A stretch of 63,847 nt of DNA, filler included, from Sandaracinaceae bacterium (GTDB lineage Bacteria > Myxococcota_A > Polyangia > Polyangiales > JADJQN01), in NCBI GenBank assembly GCA_947483975.1. It is 4 parts of 4 records of this genome, joined end to end, with 100 filler letters (N's around TTAATTAATTAA, not from the genome) between each part and the next. Parts side by side here need not be neighbours in the genome. Positions count along the whole stretch, not along the records: positions 33,183 to 49,648 come from CANKOL010000079.1; positions 49,749 to 63,847 come from CANKOL010000113.1; 2 more parts are not named here. One strand, 5' to 3'. The notes under the pieces are model-generated. The model was not told the origin of the DNA and did not search any database. It saw only the letters and a program-made list of their open reading frames with translations. The translations under genes were made by a program, and so were the position numbers. This document shows positions 43,476 to 54,771 of this stretch, one piece after another. Position 1 is the first letter of the stretch, and every line of letters begins with the position of its first letter.

Positions 43476-44639
43476 TCACTCGACGATCGATCCGCTGACC
43501 ATCGGCGGCCCGCTCGCGAGGACGAAGATCCCCGGATAGCCGCTCGTCTCGAAGCCGTCGCTCGGGTTCGCGCGCAGCACCGAGTCCTGAATCACGAGCG
43601 ACCCGCTGCGGTCGTTGCTGACGAAGAAGATCGCGCCGCCTCCCTCGTTCGCGTGATTGTCGTGCATCGCGACGCCGCAGAGCGTCAGCGTGAAGGTGTT
43701 GCCATCGTTGTAGATCGCGCCGCCGCTGCCTCCGCCGGGTGTGCCCGCCGCCATCGGGTTGGCGCCGCTCCCGACCGCGCGGTTGTAGCTGAAGAGGCTG
43801 TTGAGCACGGTATACGAGACTCCGATGCTGCTGAGTCCGCCGCCGTTCGAGCAGACGTTGCCGAGCGCGGGAGTGCCGCCGAAGGTGCTGTCTACGACGT
43901 ACACGGGCAGCCCCCCGGATTGGCTCAACACTCGCACGGCCGCGCCCCCGAGGTCCGGCCCCGTCGGGTCACACTCGTTGTGGAAGAAGCGCGAGTGCAC
44001 GATTCGCACGCGGCCGCCGCGCACGAAGACCGCGCCCCCGCCGCCCCCCTCGGTGGCGTCTCCCGTGGAGTTTCCGTCGATGAAGGTGAGGTTCTGGAGC
44101 GTGAGGCGCGGCGTGTCCTGATCCTGGCAGTGCGGCGTCGTCCAGTGCTGCGCCTCGTCGCAGGTGTTCATGTAGAGGATGCGCCGCGCGCCTGCGCCGC
44201 TCAGCGTCACGAGGTCGCCGCCGTCGATGACGATCTCCGGAGTCGAGTCGTTGAAGACCTTGGCAGTCTGGGCGAGCGTGATGGTCAGTGGCGCGGGCCC
44301 GCAGTCGAAGGTGATGACGCCGCCGAGCGCGACGGCGGCGACGAACGCCTCGCTCGTGCAGCTCGCGGGCGTGCCGTCGCCGACGACCTGCGTTGGACTC
44401 GAGGTGTCCGCCAGCGCGGCCTCCGGCGGGACGACGCAGTGCCCGTCGGGGTTGCCTGCGGGCGGTCCCTCGCTCGGCAAGGTGTGCGGATCGGCGGCGT
44501 CCGGCGCTGTCGCGGCCGAGTCGGTGAGGCCGCCGTCAGGTAACGGCACGCCCGTCGGCGACGACCCGCAGCCGACGGTGAGGACGAGCAGCGTGAGCGC
44601 GAGCGCTGTGGAGGAGGAAAGCTGAGCCATGCGTCGCAC
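43476..44639 (-). CDS. Lipoprotein with right-handed beta-helix (Pmp/pectin-lyase-like GGA(I/V) and FxxN repeats); alternative start 44630
   Basis: Lipobox TVGC; GGAVF, GGAAV, GGAIY, GGAIF with FFHN and FSYN. Confidence 0.7.
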   Translation of the reverse strand: MRRMAQLSSSTALALTLLVLTVGCGSSPTGVPLPDGGLTDSAATAPDAADPHTLPSEGPPAGNPDGHCVVPPEAALADTSSPTQVVGDGTPASCTSEAFVAAVALGGVITFDCGPAPLTITLAQTAKVFNDSTPEIVIDGGDLVTLSGAGARRILYMNTCDEAQHWTTPHCQDQDTPRLTLQNLTFIDGNSTGDATEGGGGGAVFVRGGRVRIVHSRFFHNECDPTGPDLGGAAVRVLSQSGGLPVYVVDSTFGGTPALGNVCSNGGGLSSIGVSYTVLNSLFSYNRAVGSGANPMAAGTPGGGSGGAIYNDGNTFTLTLCGVAMHDNHANEGGGAIFFVSNDRSGSLVIQDSVLRANPSDGFETSGYPGIFVLASGPPMVSGSIVE

Positions 44640-44780
44640 GGTCGCACGGCGCAGGGAGCCGCGGCAATCGAGCGGACTCGAGGCGCGACATGAATGTCAC
44701 AGACGGCCTGCGCAACAGGCGTCTTTCCCTTGCCATTCTGCCCCCTCGGGAGCGGTACGCGCCGTGCTACCGGCGAGCGC

Positions 44781-46397
44781 ATGACTTCGATGACTCGCAG
44801 GGTGGTCAGCGGGTGTGGGTTGTTCTTACTCTTCGCCGCGTGCGGCGATATGACGGGTGATCGCTCGCCCGGAATCCCGCTCGCAGATGGCGGGATGTTC
44901 TACTACGACGCGGGGGGAGGCTATCCCCGCTCTGACGGAGGGGCGGCGATCGACAGCGGTCCTCCCGAGGTCGAGGAGGTGCGCAGCTTCGAGACGCCGC
45001 GCGCCGGCGCGCGCTACGTCTATGTGGCCAATCCGCGCCGCGACACCGTCGCAGTGATCGACTCGACGACGCTCGCGATTCGCAGCGTCGAAGCGGGCGA
45101 TGGCCCTACTTATTTGAGCGTCGTGCCCGGGCGGGACGTCGCCGTCGTGCTCAACGTCGGCTCCGACGACGCGACGATCTTGCGCACGGACGGCGCTGGG
45201 ACGCGCACGAGCACGGTGCCGGTGGTGCACGGGACGAACGCCCTCGCCGTCGCGCCGGACGGCCTGCACGCCATCGCCTGGCTAGACACCTCGACGGCAG
45301 GCTCGGGCATCGGCACCGGGAGCTTTCAGGACATCACGCTGATCGACCTCGCGGACGCGGGCGACCGCGCGGTGGACCTCACGGTGGGGTTTCGCCCGCT
45401 CGAGATCGTGTATTCGCAAGACGGCGCGACAGCGTTCGTCGTGACTGAAGATGGCATTTCGATCGTGCACTTCGCGGACATCACGACTCCGACGATCGTG
45501 CCACTCGTGCCCATCGACGACGCGAGCGGTCCCTTTGCCCGCGATGTGTCGATCACGGGCGATGGGCGCTATGCGCTCGTGCGCAGCGAGGGCGAGAGCG
45601 TCGTGCGCCTGGTGGAGCTCGCGGGCGCGGTGTCGACGAGCATGGATGTCGGCGTGCCGATCACGGACGTCGATCTCTCGCCGACGGGGGCGTTCGCGCT
45701 CGTCGTGCTCCGGGAGACGTCGACGCTGCTGCGGATCCCGCTGCCCGCGGGCTTCTCCGATCCGACGCAGGTCGTCGCGACGACCTTCGCGGACGAGGTC
45801 TTCGGCTCGGTGACGATCACGCCGGACGGGCGCCGCGCGCTCCTTTACACGACGGCGACGCCCGTCGAGCGCCTGATCGTCGTGGACCTCGACGACGCCT
45901 CCGCGGAGGCGCCGCGCATCGTGCGGTTGCGCAAGGGAGTGCGCGCCGTCGGGGTCTCGCCCGATGGCTCGACGGCGGTGATCGTGCACACGCGCATCGA
46001 CGGCGACCCGAGCGATCCCACCGTCGACCTCGACACGCGCATCGACCGCTCGTTCGGCTACACGATGCTCGATCTGCGGAGCGGCTTCGCGAAGCTGCAG
46101 ATCACCGAGGCGGAGGTCGGTCCGCTCGCGCTCTCGCCCGACGGCGCCTACGCCTTCACGTTCTTGCGCAACGACGCCGCGAGCGTGCGCGTGCTGCAGC
46201 GCATCGCGCTCGCGTCCTTCCTCGTCGACGGCTACGCGCTCGGGAGCCCGCCGCTCTCGCTCGGCATCGTGCCGGCGACGTCGCGCGCCTTCGTCGGGCA
46301 GCTTCATCCGGAGGGGCGCATCGGCTTCCTCGAGTGGGAGACGGGCGCGCTCGTCTCGGTCACTGGCTTCGAGCTCAACGGGAGGATCAGCGAATGA
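44781..46397 (+). CDS. Beta-propeller (YncE/YVTN-like) lipoprotein
   Basis: Lipobox FAAC; repeated blades (YVYVANP..DTVAVID, APDG, SQDG, TGDGRYALV, TPDGRRAL, SPDG). Start set at ATG 44781. Confidence 0.75.
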   Translation: MTSMTRRVVSGCGLFLLFAACGDMTGDRSPGIPLADGGMFYYDAGGGYPRSDGGAAIDSGPPEVEEVRSFETPRAGARYVYVANPRRDTVAVIDSTTLAIRSVEAGDGPTYLSVVPGRDVAVVLNVGSDDATILRTDGAGTRTSTVPVVHGTNALAVAPDGLHAIAWLDTSTAGSGIGTGSFQDITLIDLADAGDRAVDLTVGFRPLEIVYSQDGATAFVVTEDGISIVHFADITTPTIVPLVPIDDASGPFARDVSITGDGRYALVRSEGESVVRLVELAGAVSTSMDVGVPITDVDLSPTGAFALVVLRETSTLLRIPLPAGFSDPTQVVATTFADEVFGSVTITPDGRRALLYTTATPVERLIVVDLDDASAEAPRIVRLRKGVRAVGVSPDGSTAVIVHTRIDGDPSDPTVDLDTRIDRSFGYTMLDLRSGFAKLQITEAEVGPLALSPDGAYAFTFLRNDAASVRVLQRIALASFLVDGYALGSPPLSLGIVPATSRAFVGQLHPEGRIGFLEWETGALVSVTGFELNGRISE

Positions 46398-48013
46398 CCC
46401 GCACTCACTACCTCGCTCGTCGCGCGACGGTCGCGCGTGCGCTCGCCCTCGGCGTCGTGACCCTCGCGGTCACCGCGTGCGCCGACCGCGCCAAGGAGTT
46501 CGACGCGGCGCTGCTGACGCTGCCGCCCGTCGCGCTCGGCTCTTCGCTCGTCTTCGTGGACTCTTCCGCGCAGACGACCTACGTGCTCGACGTGACGCGC
46601 CCCTCCGTCGCGCCGCGCACGGTCACCGTCGGCGCCGGGGCGTCCACGGTCGCGCGCCGCAACGAGCACAACGAGGCGCTCGTGCTCTGCCGCGGAGAGC
46701 GCGGCGGCGTCGGCGTCGCGCCCGAGGCCTCGTCCCTGACGGTCGTGCCCGGCGCCTACCGCGCCGCGCCGCGCACCTACGTGCTCGGCAGCCCGTTCAA
46801 CGCGATCGCGCAGACGCCCGACGGCGCGCGCGCGCTCGTGCACTTCCGCACCGGCGAGGGGCTCGCGGGGCTGCTGTTCAACCCGAACGAGATCGCCGTG
46901 CTCGACCTCGACGCGGCGCCCTCGGCGACGAACCCGGTGCGCCGCACGGTGCGCAGCTTCGGCGGCGTGCCGAGCGCGGTGGTCTTCTCGCCGCGGATGG
47001 CGCTGCCGGAGGGCCCGCGGACGCTCGCGGTGATCCTCTCGGATGCGTACGTAACTCTGCTCGATGTAGACAATCCAGACCGTCCCGAGATTACCGTTCC
47101 GCTCGCGCTTCCAGAAGACCGCCGCGCCGTGCTGCCCGTGCAGGTGCTCTTCGACGCGGACGATCCGACCATCTACATCCGCGCCTCCGCGTCCGACGAC
47201 ATCTTCGCGCTGCGCCTCCAAGAGGTGCCGAGCGCAGAGCGCGCCGGCAACGACTTCCGCCCGTCTCTGACGCAGCTCGCCGTCGGCAGTCGCCCGAACG
47301 ATATGGCGCTCTTCGACGCCGGCGAGGGCAAGCGCCTGATCGTCCCGTCGCGGGCGAGCAGCAATGTGTCGATCGTCGACGCGCGCTCGAGCAGCGTGAC
47401 GACGATCCCGCTCGACGTCGCCGCTGACCGCGTGCTCGTGTACGACGCGACGGCGCCGGGCGATCCGAGCGTGACGCCACGCGCGCTGCTCTACGCTGCC
47501 GACGGCGCTGCGAGCGCGCTCAGCTTCGTCGACCTCGCGCAGGTCGAGGCCCGGCGCGGCCGCAACGTCGAGACGGACTCGATCGGTCGGCCGATCGTCG
47601 GCGTGCTGCCGCTGCTCGACCGGGGCCTGGTCGTGCTGCAGCACTCGTCGGTGACCGGCGCGCCCGGGCTGAGCCTGCTCGACCTCGCGGCGCGCACCTC
47701 GGCCCCCATCTACGCCGATGTGCCGCTCGAGAGCGCGACCTTCGGCACGGGGCAGTCGCGCATCTACGTCGCGCCGTCCTATGGGGTGCGCCTCGGCTAC
47801 CTCGACCTCGCGACCTTCGTGCCGGGCGAGGTGCGCCTCGACGCGTCGATCTCCGCCGTGCTGCCGCTGGCCGATGTGCCGATCGTCGCCGTCGTGCACA
47901 CGGGCTACGCGGGGCACGTCACGCTGCTCGACGCGAACGATCTGCGCCGCGAGAGCGCGCGCTCCATTCAAGGCTTTCTGCTCTCCGACCTGCTCGCGCG
48001 AGGTGACCAATGA
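46394..48013 (+). CDS. Second beta-propeller lipoprotein
   Basis: ATG 46394 overlaps the previous stop (ATGA); lipobox VTAC; TPDGARALV and repeated (V/L)xxLD blade ends. Confidence 0.7.
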   Translation: MTRTHYLARRATVARALALGVVTLAVTACADRAKEFDAALLTLPPVALGSSLVFVDSSAQTTYVLDVTRPSVAPRTVTVGAGASTVARRNEHNEALVLCRGERGGVGVAPEASSLTVVPGAYRAAPRTYVLGSPFNAIAQTPDGARALVHFRTGEGLAGLLFNPNEIAVLDLDAAPSATNPVRRTVRSFGGVPSAVVFSPRMALPEGPRTLAVILSDAYVTLLDVDNPDRPEITVPLALPEDRRAVLPVQVLFDADDPTIYIRASASDDIFALRLQEVPSAERAGNDFRPSLTQLAVGSRPNDMALFDAGEGKRLIVPSRASSNVSIVDARSSSVTTIPLDVAADRVLVYDATAPGDPSVTPRALLYAADGAASALSFVDLAQVEARRGRNVETDSIGRPIVGVLPLLDRGLVVLQHSSVTGAPGLSLLDLAARTSAPIYADVPLESATFGTGQSRIYVAPSYGVRLGYLDLATFVPGEVRLDASISAVLPLADVPIVAVVHTGYAGHVTLLDANDLRRESARSIQGFLLSDLLARGDQ

Positions 48014-48840
48014 CCCGGACTCGAGCCTCGCTGATCGCGGTCTTGTGCTGCCTCTCGTTCGCGTCCCTCGCCGCCGCAGAGCCGCCGCCGCAGCCGTCCG
48101 CGTCTCCACAGCCTGCGGCGCAGCCGGAGGGAACAGCGACGGTCGAAGGGCCCGAGTCGGACCTCGAGGAGGCGCCCTTCGGCAACGACGCTCCGGGGCT
48201 GGCGGGGCGCCTCGCGGTGGCAGGCAATCTCGAGCTGCTCTGGTATCTCGACACAGCCCATCAAGCGTTCGCGCGGAGCCCCGGGCTGACCGCGGGCGGG
48301 CTCTCGGCGTCCCTGACGCTCTTGGAGTTCGCGCCGCGCTGGCTGCTCGACGTCGGCGTCGGCTGGCGAATCGAGACCTCGGAGGCGCTGACGCTGCAAG
48401 CGTTCACTGCCGCGTACGAGGCGAACACCGAGTACGCCGACGCCGCGCTGCGCTTCGAGCTACTGCCGTGGTTCGTGCCGCGCGCGCGGGTCTCCGTTGG
48501 GGTGCAGTACCTCGCGGCGAGCCTCAACCCGGTCGACGGCACGACCCCCCTCGAGGGCGACGCGTTCTCGCTCGTGACGAGCGCGGGCATGGGCGTCGAG
48601 CTGCTCGGGCGCCTCGGGGATGGGCTCACGCCCCGCGGCGGAGAGCCCGCGTCCGTCGCGCTCTCCCTCGTCGTCGAGGGAGGCATCGTCCTCGGCACGA
48701 GCGCGCCGCTGAGCGTCGCCCCGCGCGAGCCGAGCGACCCGACGGTCGCGGCAGACCGCATCGCCGTCGTCGGCACGAAGCTCGGCACGCTCGGCGGCAT
48801 CGCGCCGTATCTGCGGATCGCGGGCGTCATTCGCTTCTGA
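48010..48840 (+). CDS. Probable small outer-membrane beta-barrel protein
   Basis: ATGA overlap; signal peptide AAA; amphipathic strands; C-terminal YLRIAGVIRF ending in Phe. Confidence 0.65.
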   Translation: MTRTRASLIAVLCCLSFASLAAAEPPPQPSASPQPAAQPEGTATVEGPESDLEEAPFGNDAPGLAGRLAVAGNLELLWYLDTAHQAFARSPGLTAGGLSASLTLLEFAPRWLLDVGVGWRIETSEALTLQAFTAAYEANTEYADAALRFELLPWFVPRARVSVGVQYLAASLNPVDGTTPLEGDAFSLVTSAGMGVELLGRLGDGLTPRGGEPASVALSLVVEGGIVLGTSAPLSVAPREPSDPTVAADRIAVVGTKLGTLGGIAPYLRIAGVIRF

Positions 48841-48906
48841 GCGAGGCGCCGACGCGCTTCAGGGCGAGCTGCGCCCAAGGACCTCGCGCGAGGCGCGCGG
48901 CAGGCT

Positions 48907-49648
48907 TCAGGCGACGTCGAGATCGACCGCGTCGACGAGGTCCCCCACGCCGAGCGCTGCGCCCGCCGGCACCAGCGCGAGCGCGCTCGCCGAGGCGACG
49001 CCCGGGACTGAGCCCGACGCCGCGCTGCGCACAGGCGTGAAGGTCAGCGTCCCCTCGCGCACCTCGAGCGTGCCGTAGTGAATCGCGAGGCGATCGCGCG
49101 GCGCGCTGAGCGGCGCTGAGAGCCGCGCGCGGACGCCGCGCACAGGGCTCGTCTCGCCGGCGAGCACGCGCAGGAGCGGCAGCCCGAGCAGCGCGAAGGT
49201 GACGTACGCCGAGCCCGGGTTTCCCGGCAGCGTCAGCACGGGCACGCCGCGCAGCAGCGCGAGCCCGACCGGCTTGCCGGGCTTGATCGCGACGCCGCGG
49301 AACAGCGTCTCGGCCTCGAGGTCACGCAGCACGCGCGCGACGTGATCGTGCTCGCCATCGGCCGCGCCGCCGACCGTCGCGATGAGGTCCGCGCGCCCGA
49401 CCGCATCGACGAGAAAGCTCCGCAGCGCGTCGGCCGAATCCCGCACGCGCACGCGCTCGACGCTCGCCCCGGCGCGGGCCGCGAGCGCCCCGAGCATCGG
49501 CCCGTTGGAGTCCACGATCAGGCCGGGCGCGTCGCTCGCCCCCGGCGCCCGCAGCTCGTCTCCCGTGATCGCGAGCAGCACCCGCGGTCGGCGCGCGACG
49601 TGGACCGTCGCTCGCTCCGCGACGGCGAGCGCGCCGAGGTGCCGCGGC
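48907..49648 (-). CDS. moeA: Molybdopterin molybdotransferase MoeA, C-terminal part; truncated by contig end
   Basis: ITGDEL, IVDSNGPML, VAIKPGKP, LPGNP motifs. Confidence 0.85.
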
Positions 49649-49748
49649 NNNNNNNNNNNNNNNNNNNNNNNNNNNNNNNNNNNNNNNNNNNNTTAATTAA
49701 TTAANNNNNNNNNNNNNNNNNNNNNNNNNNNNNNNNNNNNNNNNNNNN
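49649..49748. other. Artificial contig-joining spacer
   Basis: Same N/TTAATTAATTAA/N 100-mer. Confidence 0.98.
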
Positions 49749-49750
49749 GC

Positions 49751-51154
49751 CAGCGCGAAGGGCAGCTCGTCGACGAGACCTCGGGCACCGTCGACGCCGA
49801 GCGTCGCCTCGCGGAGGCTGCCGCGCGGCTCGCGCAGGTCGAGGCGCAGCTGCGCTCGCTGCGCGCCGACCGGGACGCCGCGGTGCAGCGCGCGCTTCGC
49901 TCGGACGCCGAGCGGACTGAGGCGGGTTTCCGCGCCGACGAAGCGCTCGGCAAGCTCGCCGAGGTCGCCGAGCAGCACGGGCGTGCAGAGTCCGAGCGCA
50001 CCGGCCGCGAGGCGGAGCTGTCCGGCTTCGTGCGCGGGCTTCGCGCGCGCGCAGCGGAGCTCGAGGAGCTGCGCTTCCAGGCCGAAGCCCAGCTCGCCCT
50101 GGTCCGCGTCGACCTCGACAGCGCGCGGCAGGGCAATCTGGCGCTCGAGCGCATGGTCGCGGAGCTGCGCGAACAGTTCGAGCTCGAGCTCGTCCGGGCT
50201 ACCTCCGCACCGCGCGTCGACGCGAGCGCGACCGTTCGCGCCGAGGGCGAAGCCGAGCTGCTGCGCGCGGAGCGCGACGGCATGCGGGCCCGTCTCGACG
50301 ACCGCGAGCTAGCGCTGGTCGCTCAGCAAAGCGTCGCTCCGGCCCCGACCTTCATCGCGGGCCCCGATCTCTCGGGGGAGCTCGCCGATGCCGAGAGCGC
50401 GCGCACGGCGCTCGAGGCTCGCGCGAGCGAGCTTGCCGCAGCCCTTGCCGCCGCCGAGCTGCGCGCGTCCGGCGAGCGTGAGCGCGCCAACGACCTGAGC
50501 GCGCGCGTCGAGACCAAGGAGGCGACCCTCAAGAGCCTCGAGGCCGACGCCGAAGAGCGCGAGCACGACGTGCGTAGCGCGGCCGCCCGCGCCGAGACGC
50601 TCGAGGCCGACGTCCGCCGGATCACGGCTGCGCTCGGGGATGCGCGAGCGAGCCTCGCCGACCTCAGCGCCTCGATTGACGCGAGCTCGAACGCCGCCGC
50701 GCGTCAGCCGCTCTCCGGCGCCCTCGAAGCGTCCGGCGATGGGCCGGACGTGGGCGAAGGCGCCTTGCTGCGCCAGCAGGTCGAGGCCCTCCACCGCGAG
50801 GCGTCCGACCGCGACATGCTGCTTCGCTCGCTGACCGCGCAGTTGCAGGATCGCGACGACCGGATGCGCACGCTCGAGCAGCAAGCGGCGACCGTCATCG
50901 GGCAGGGGCCCGCGGCGCGCGGCGCCGACGAAGAGGTGCGCCGGCTCCACGAGGCGCTCGTCGGTCGTGACGCGGAGCTGCTGCTCGTCCAGGGCAAGAT
51001 GCGCACCTCCGAACGCGAGACGCGCGCCGTGCGGGACGCCATCGATCAGACGCGCGCGGGCCTCGAGGAGATCCTCGCGAGCGCTACGACGAGCGGCGAT
51101 GCCTCGGGAGCCGACCGGATCGGCGCCGTCCTTCGCCTGCTCTCCCGCATCTAG
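49751..51154 (+). CDS. Long coiled-coil protein; 5'-truncated by contig start
   Basis: Frame is open from the gap; Ala/Glu/Arg/Leu heptad-rich throughout. Confidence 0.7.
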   Translation, partial: QREGQLVDETSGTVDAERRLAEAAARLAQVEAQLRSLRADRDAAVQRALRSDAERTEAGFRADEALGKLAEVAEQHGRAESERTGREAELSGFVRGLRARAAELEELRFQAEAQLALVRVDLDSARQGNLALERMVAELREQFELELVRATSAPRVDASATVRAEGEAELLRAERDGMRARLDDRELALVAQQSVAPAPTFIAGPDLSGELADAESARTALEARASELAAALAAAELRASGERERANDLSARVETKEATLKSLEADAEEREHDVRSAAARAETLEADVRRITAALGDARASLADLSASIDASSNAAARQPLSGALEASGDGPDVGEGALLRQQVEALHREASDRDMLLRSLTAQLQDRDDRMRTLEQQAATVIGQGPAARGADEEVRRLHEALVGRDAELLLVQGKMRTSERETRAVRDAIDQTRAGLEEILASATTSGDASGADRIGAVLRLLSRI

Positions 51155-51196
51155 CGCTTCCCCGTCGGGCTCGGTCTCGGCCGCGCGTCCTACGAC

Positions 51197-51249
51197 GGAA
51201 AAGAACGAGCCCGCCGGTCTGTCCTCGAGAGGCAGACCCGGCGGGCTCG
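51197..51249 (-). terminator. Intrinsic terminator of groES-groEL
   Basis: CGAGCCCGCCG (51206-51216) pairs with CGGCGGGCTCG (51239-51249), plus inner GTCTG/CAGAC; followed on the minus strand by TTCTTTTCC. Confidence 0.8.
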
Positions 51250-51272
51250 GTCAGTTTCGGCTCAGCCTGGAC

Positions 51273-52910
<1,638 letters not shown>

Positions 52911-52954
52911 GGTGTTCTTCTCCTAAATGCCTGCTGGAAGACGACTTCGCCGGA

Positions 52955-53245
52955 TCACTTGTCGAAAACCGCGAGGATGTCGTCTTCGCGGAGGATGAGA
53001 TGCTCTTCGCCGTCGACCTTCACTTCGGTGCCGTTGTACTTACCGAAGAGGATCTTGTCGCCGACCTTGACGTCGAGCTTCCGGACTTCGCCCTTGTCGT
53101 TGATGCGGCCACTGCCCACGGCGATGACCTTGCCCTCGATCGGCTTCTCTTTGGCCGTGTCGGGGATGATGATCCCGCCCTTGGTCTTTTCCTCTTCCTT
53201 GACCCGGCGAACCAGAACGCGGTCGTGCAGCGGTCGAATGCCCAT
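52955..53245 (-). CDS. groES: Co-chaperonin GroES
   Basis: [28 protein letters not shown] 53245 with GAGGAG RBS. Confidence 0.97.
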   Translation of the reverse strand: MGIRPLHDRVLVRRVKEEEKTKGGIIIPDTAKEKPIEGKVIAVGSGRINDKGEVRKLDVKVGDKILFGKYNGTEVKVDGEEHLILREDDILAVFDK

Positions 53246-53344
53246 TGTCGCTATCTCCTCGTGAGCGCCCCCCGTCGCAGCGGCATCGATGCCGTCTGGC
53301 CGGGCGGCGGATGGCAGCACGGCGGAAGCCGTGCAGTCAGTTTG

Positions 53345-53371
53345 TCAGCACTCGCCAATGGAGAGTGCTAA
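53345..53371 (-). promoter_or_regulatory. CIRCE operator (HrcA binding site)
   Basis: Minus strand TTAGCACTC-TCCATTGGC-GAGTGCTGA; one mismatch to TTAGCACTC-N9-GAGTGCTAA; 100 nt upstream of groES. Confidence 0.95.
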
Positions 53372-53381
53372 CGGCGCGCGG

Positions 53382-53409
53382 AACCTAACGCCTGCCCTCT
53401 CGAGGTCAA
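53382..53409 (-). promoter_or_regulatory. Putative sigma70-type promoter of groESL
   Basis: TTGACC-N16-TAGGTT on the minus strand, 10 nt upstream of CIRCE. Confidence 0.55.
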
Positions 53410-53657
53410 GGTGTCGGCGCGCAATCGGCCGTCATTTTGCGAGAGCCGCGGGAAACAGGCCCTCGCTGCCCGTGTGTCGCCGACGGCGACGGTCCCCGCG
53501 CGGCGTCGGCACTCGACGGCGTCCGCTGCCAGCCGGTGTCAGCGCACCTCGAGGTACCCCCCGAAGGGGACGTCTGCTTCTGTCGCTCCCGGGCTGCTCG
53601 ACCGTATAGAGAAGAGAGCGTCTGCGTGCGCGGGCGCTGCACGGCAAGGAGCACCCG

Positions 53658-54257
53658 ATGATCGAACCTCATGCTGACGTCCGCGGCTATTTCCGGGAGC
53701 GCTTGCTCGGCGCGCTCGAGCGGCATCGCCTCTCCATCGACAGCGGCACGGAGTTCTACCTGGTGAACCTGCTTTCGGAGTTCGCCATATCCCCGCCCCT
53801 GCCGACGCTCGAGCGCCCGCTCGCCGAGCAGCTCGCCGACGCGCTCGAGACGGAAGGGTACGAGCGTTTGCGCCGCTTCCGCGGGCTCGGCGACGCGGCG
53901 CTCTACGTCAGCGGCTTCTTCGCGGACCACCTCGAGCGGCGCGGCATCACGGCGGACTACGCCGGGGCGATGGGGGGACGCGCCTATCGCAGCGCGTCCG
54001 CGCTCGTTCGCCTCGCGCCGCCGCGTGAGGCCGCGCTGGCGTACGTCTACGACGAGCTCGCGGCCAAGTTCAGCGCGTACGTCGACGTGCTCAGCGACGT
54101 TCGCGAGGCAACTACGCCGCGCACGCCCCAAGACATCGTGCGGCTCTACGAGCGCTGGAAGCACACTCGCTCCCCCGCGCTCGCCGACAAGCTTCGCTCC
54201 GTCGGCCTCTTCCCCGTCCTCGAAGCCGAGACGCGCGGGCGAGGCACGGTGCACTGA
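53658..54257 (+). CDS. Hypothetical helical protein
   Basis: AAGGAG RBS; globular-looking sequence (YLVNLL, LGDAALYVSGFF, LYERW). Confidence 0.7.
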   Translation: MIEPHADVRGYFRERLLGALERHRLSIDSGTEFYLVNLLSEFAISPPLPTLERPLAEQLADALETEGYERLRRFRGLGDAALYVSGFFADHLERRGITADYAGAMGGRAYRSASALVRLAPPREAALAYVYDELAAKFSAYVDVLSDVREATTPRTPQDIVRLYERWKHTRSPALADKLRSVGLFPVLEAETRGRGTVH

Positions 54258-54284
54258 CGCGTCGACGCGTAAGCGCCGGTCAGC

Positions 54285-54530
54285 TCACTTGGTGGGCTCG
54301 AGCAGCTTCTGCTCGGCGATGAACTCGACGACCGCGTCACGCACCGGGCGGCCGTAATACACCTTCTGCGCGGCGATCTCGCGGAGGGCGGTGACGGCTG
54401 CGCGGTTCTTGCTCGGCACGAGGGCGGGGGCGCCCTTCATGAGCTGGCGCGTGCGCTGCGAAGCGAGGATGCAGAGGGCGAAACGGTTCTCCTCGTGCTC
54501 GAGGCAGTCTTCGACGGTGACGCGGGCCAT
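54285..54530 (-). CDS. rpoZ: RNA polymerase omega subunit
   Basis: MARVTVEDCL...NRFAL...R.RQL..G...ALREIA. Confidence 0.95.
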   Translation of the reverse strand: MARVTVEDCLEHEENRFALCILASQRTRQLMKGAPALVPSKNRAAVTALREIAAQKVYYGRPVRDAVVEFIAEQKLLEPTK

Positions 54531-54771
54531 GATGAAGCGCTCCTATGCCCCGGTTGCCGACTGTCCAGGGGGACGGCCTCGCGAACGGGGAGCGGACGGT
54601 AGCAGCGGCATCGATCGACCGCAACATCGAACGCGAGGTCACCGTCGAGGTCGGGGCGCTGCTCGGCTCGTGCCCGACGGCGGGAGGCAATGCCCCGCGA
54701 CGCTCGCAAACGACGACTGCCCTTTACTCCGCAGGCGCGGGTCGTCTAGCATCGCCTTCGACGACGAGATC

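Noticed and set aside
53430..53657. GC-rich hairpins in the groES divergent intergenic region as a possible ncRNA
   Set aside because: Stems such as GCCGACG/CGTCGGC and CCCC-GAA-GGGG are expected by chance at this GC content; no known RNA family recognised
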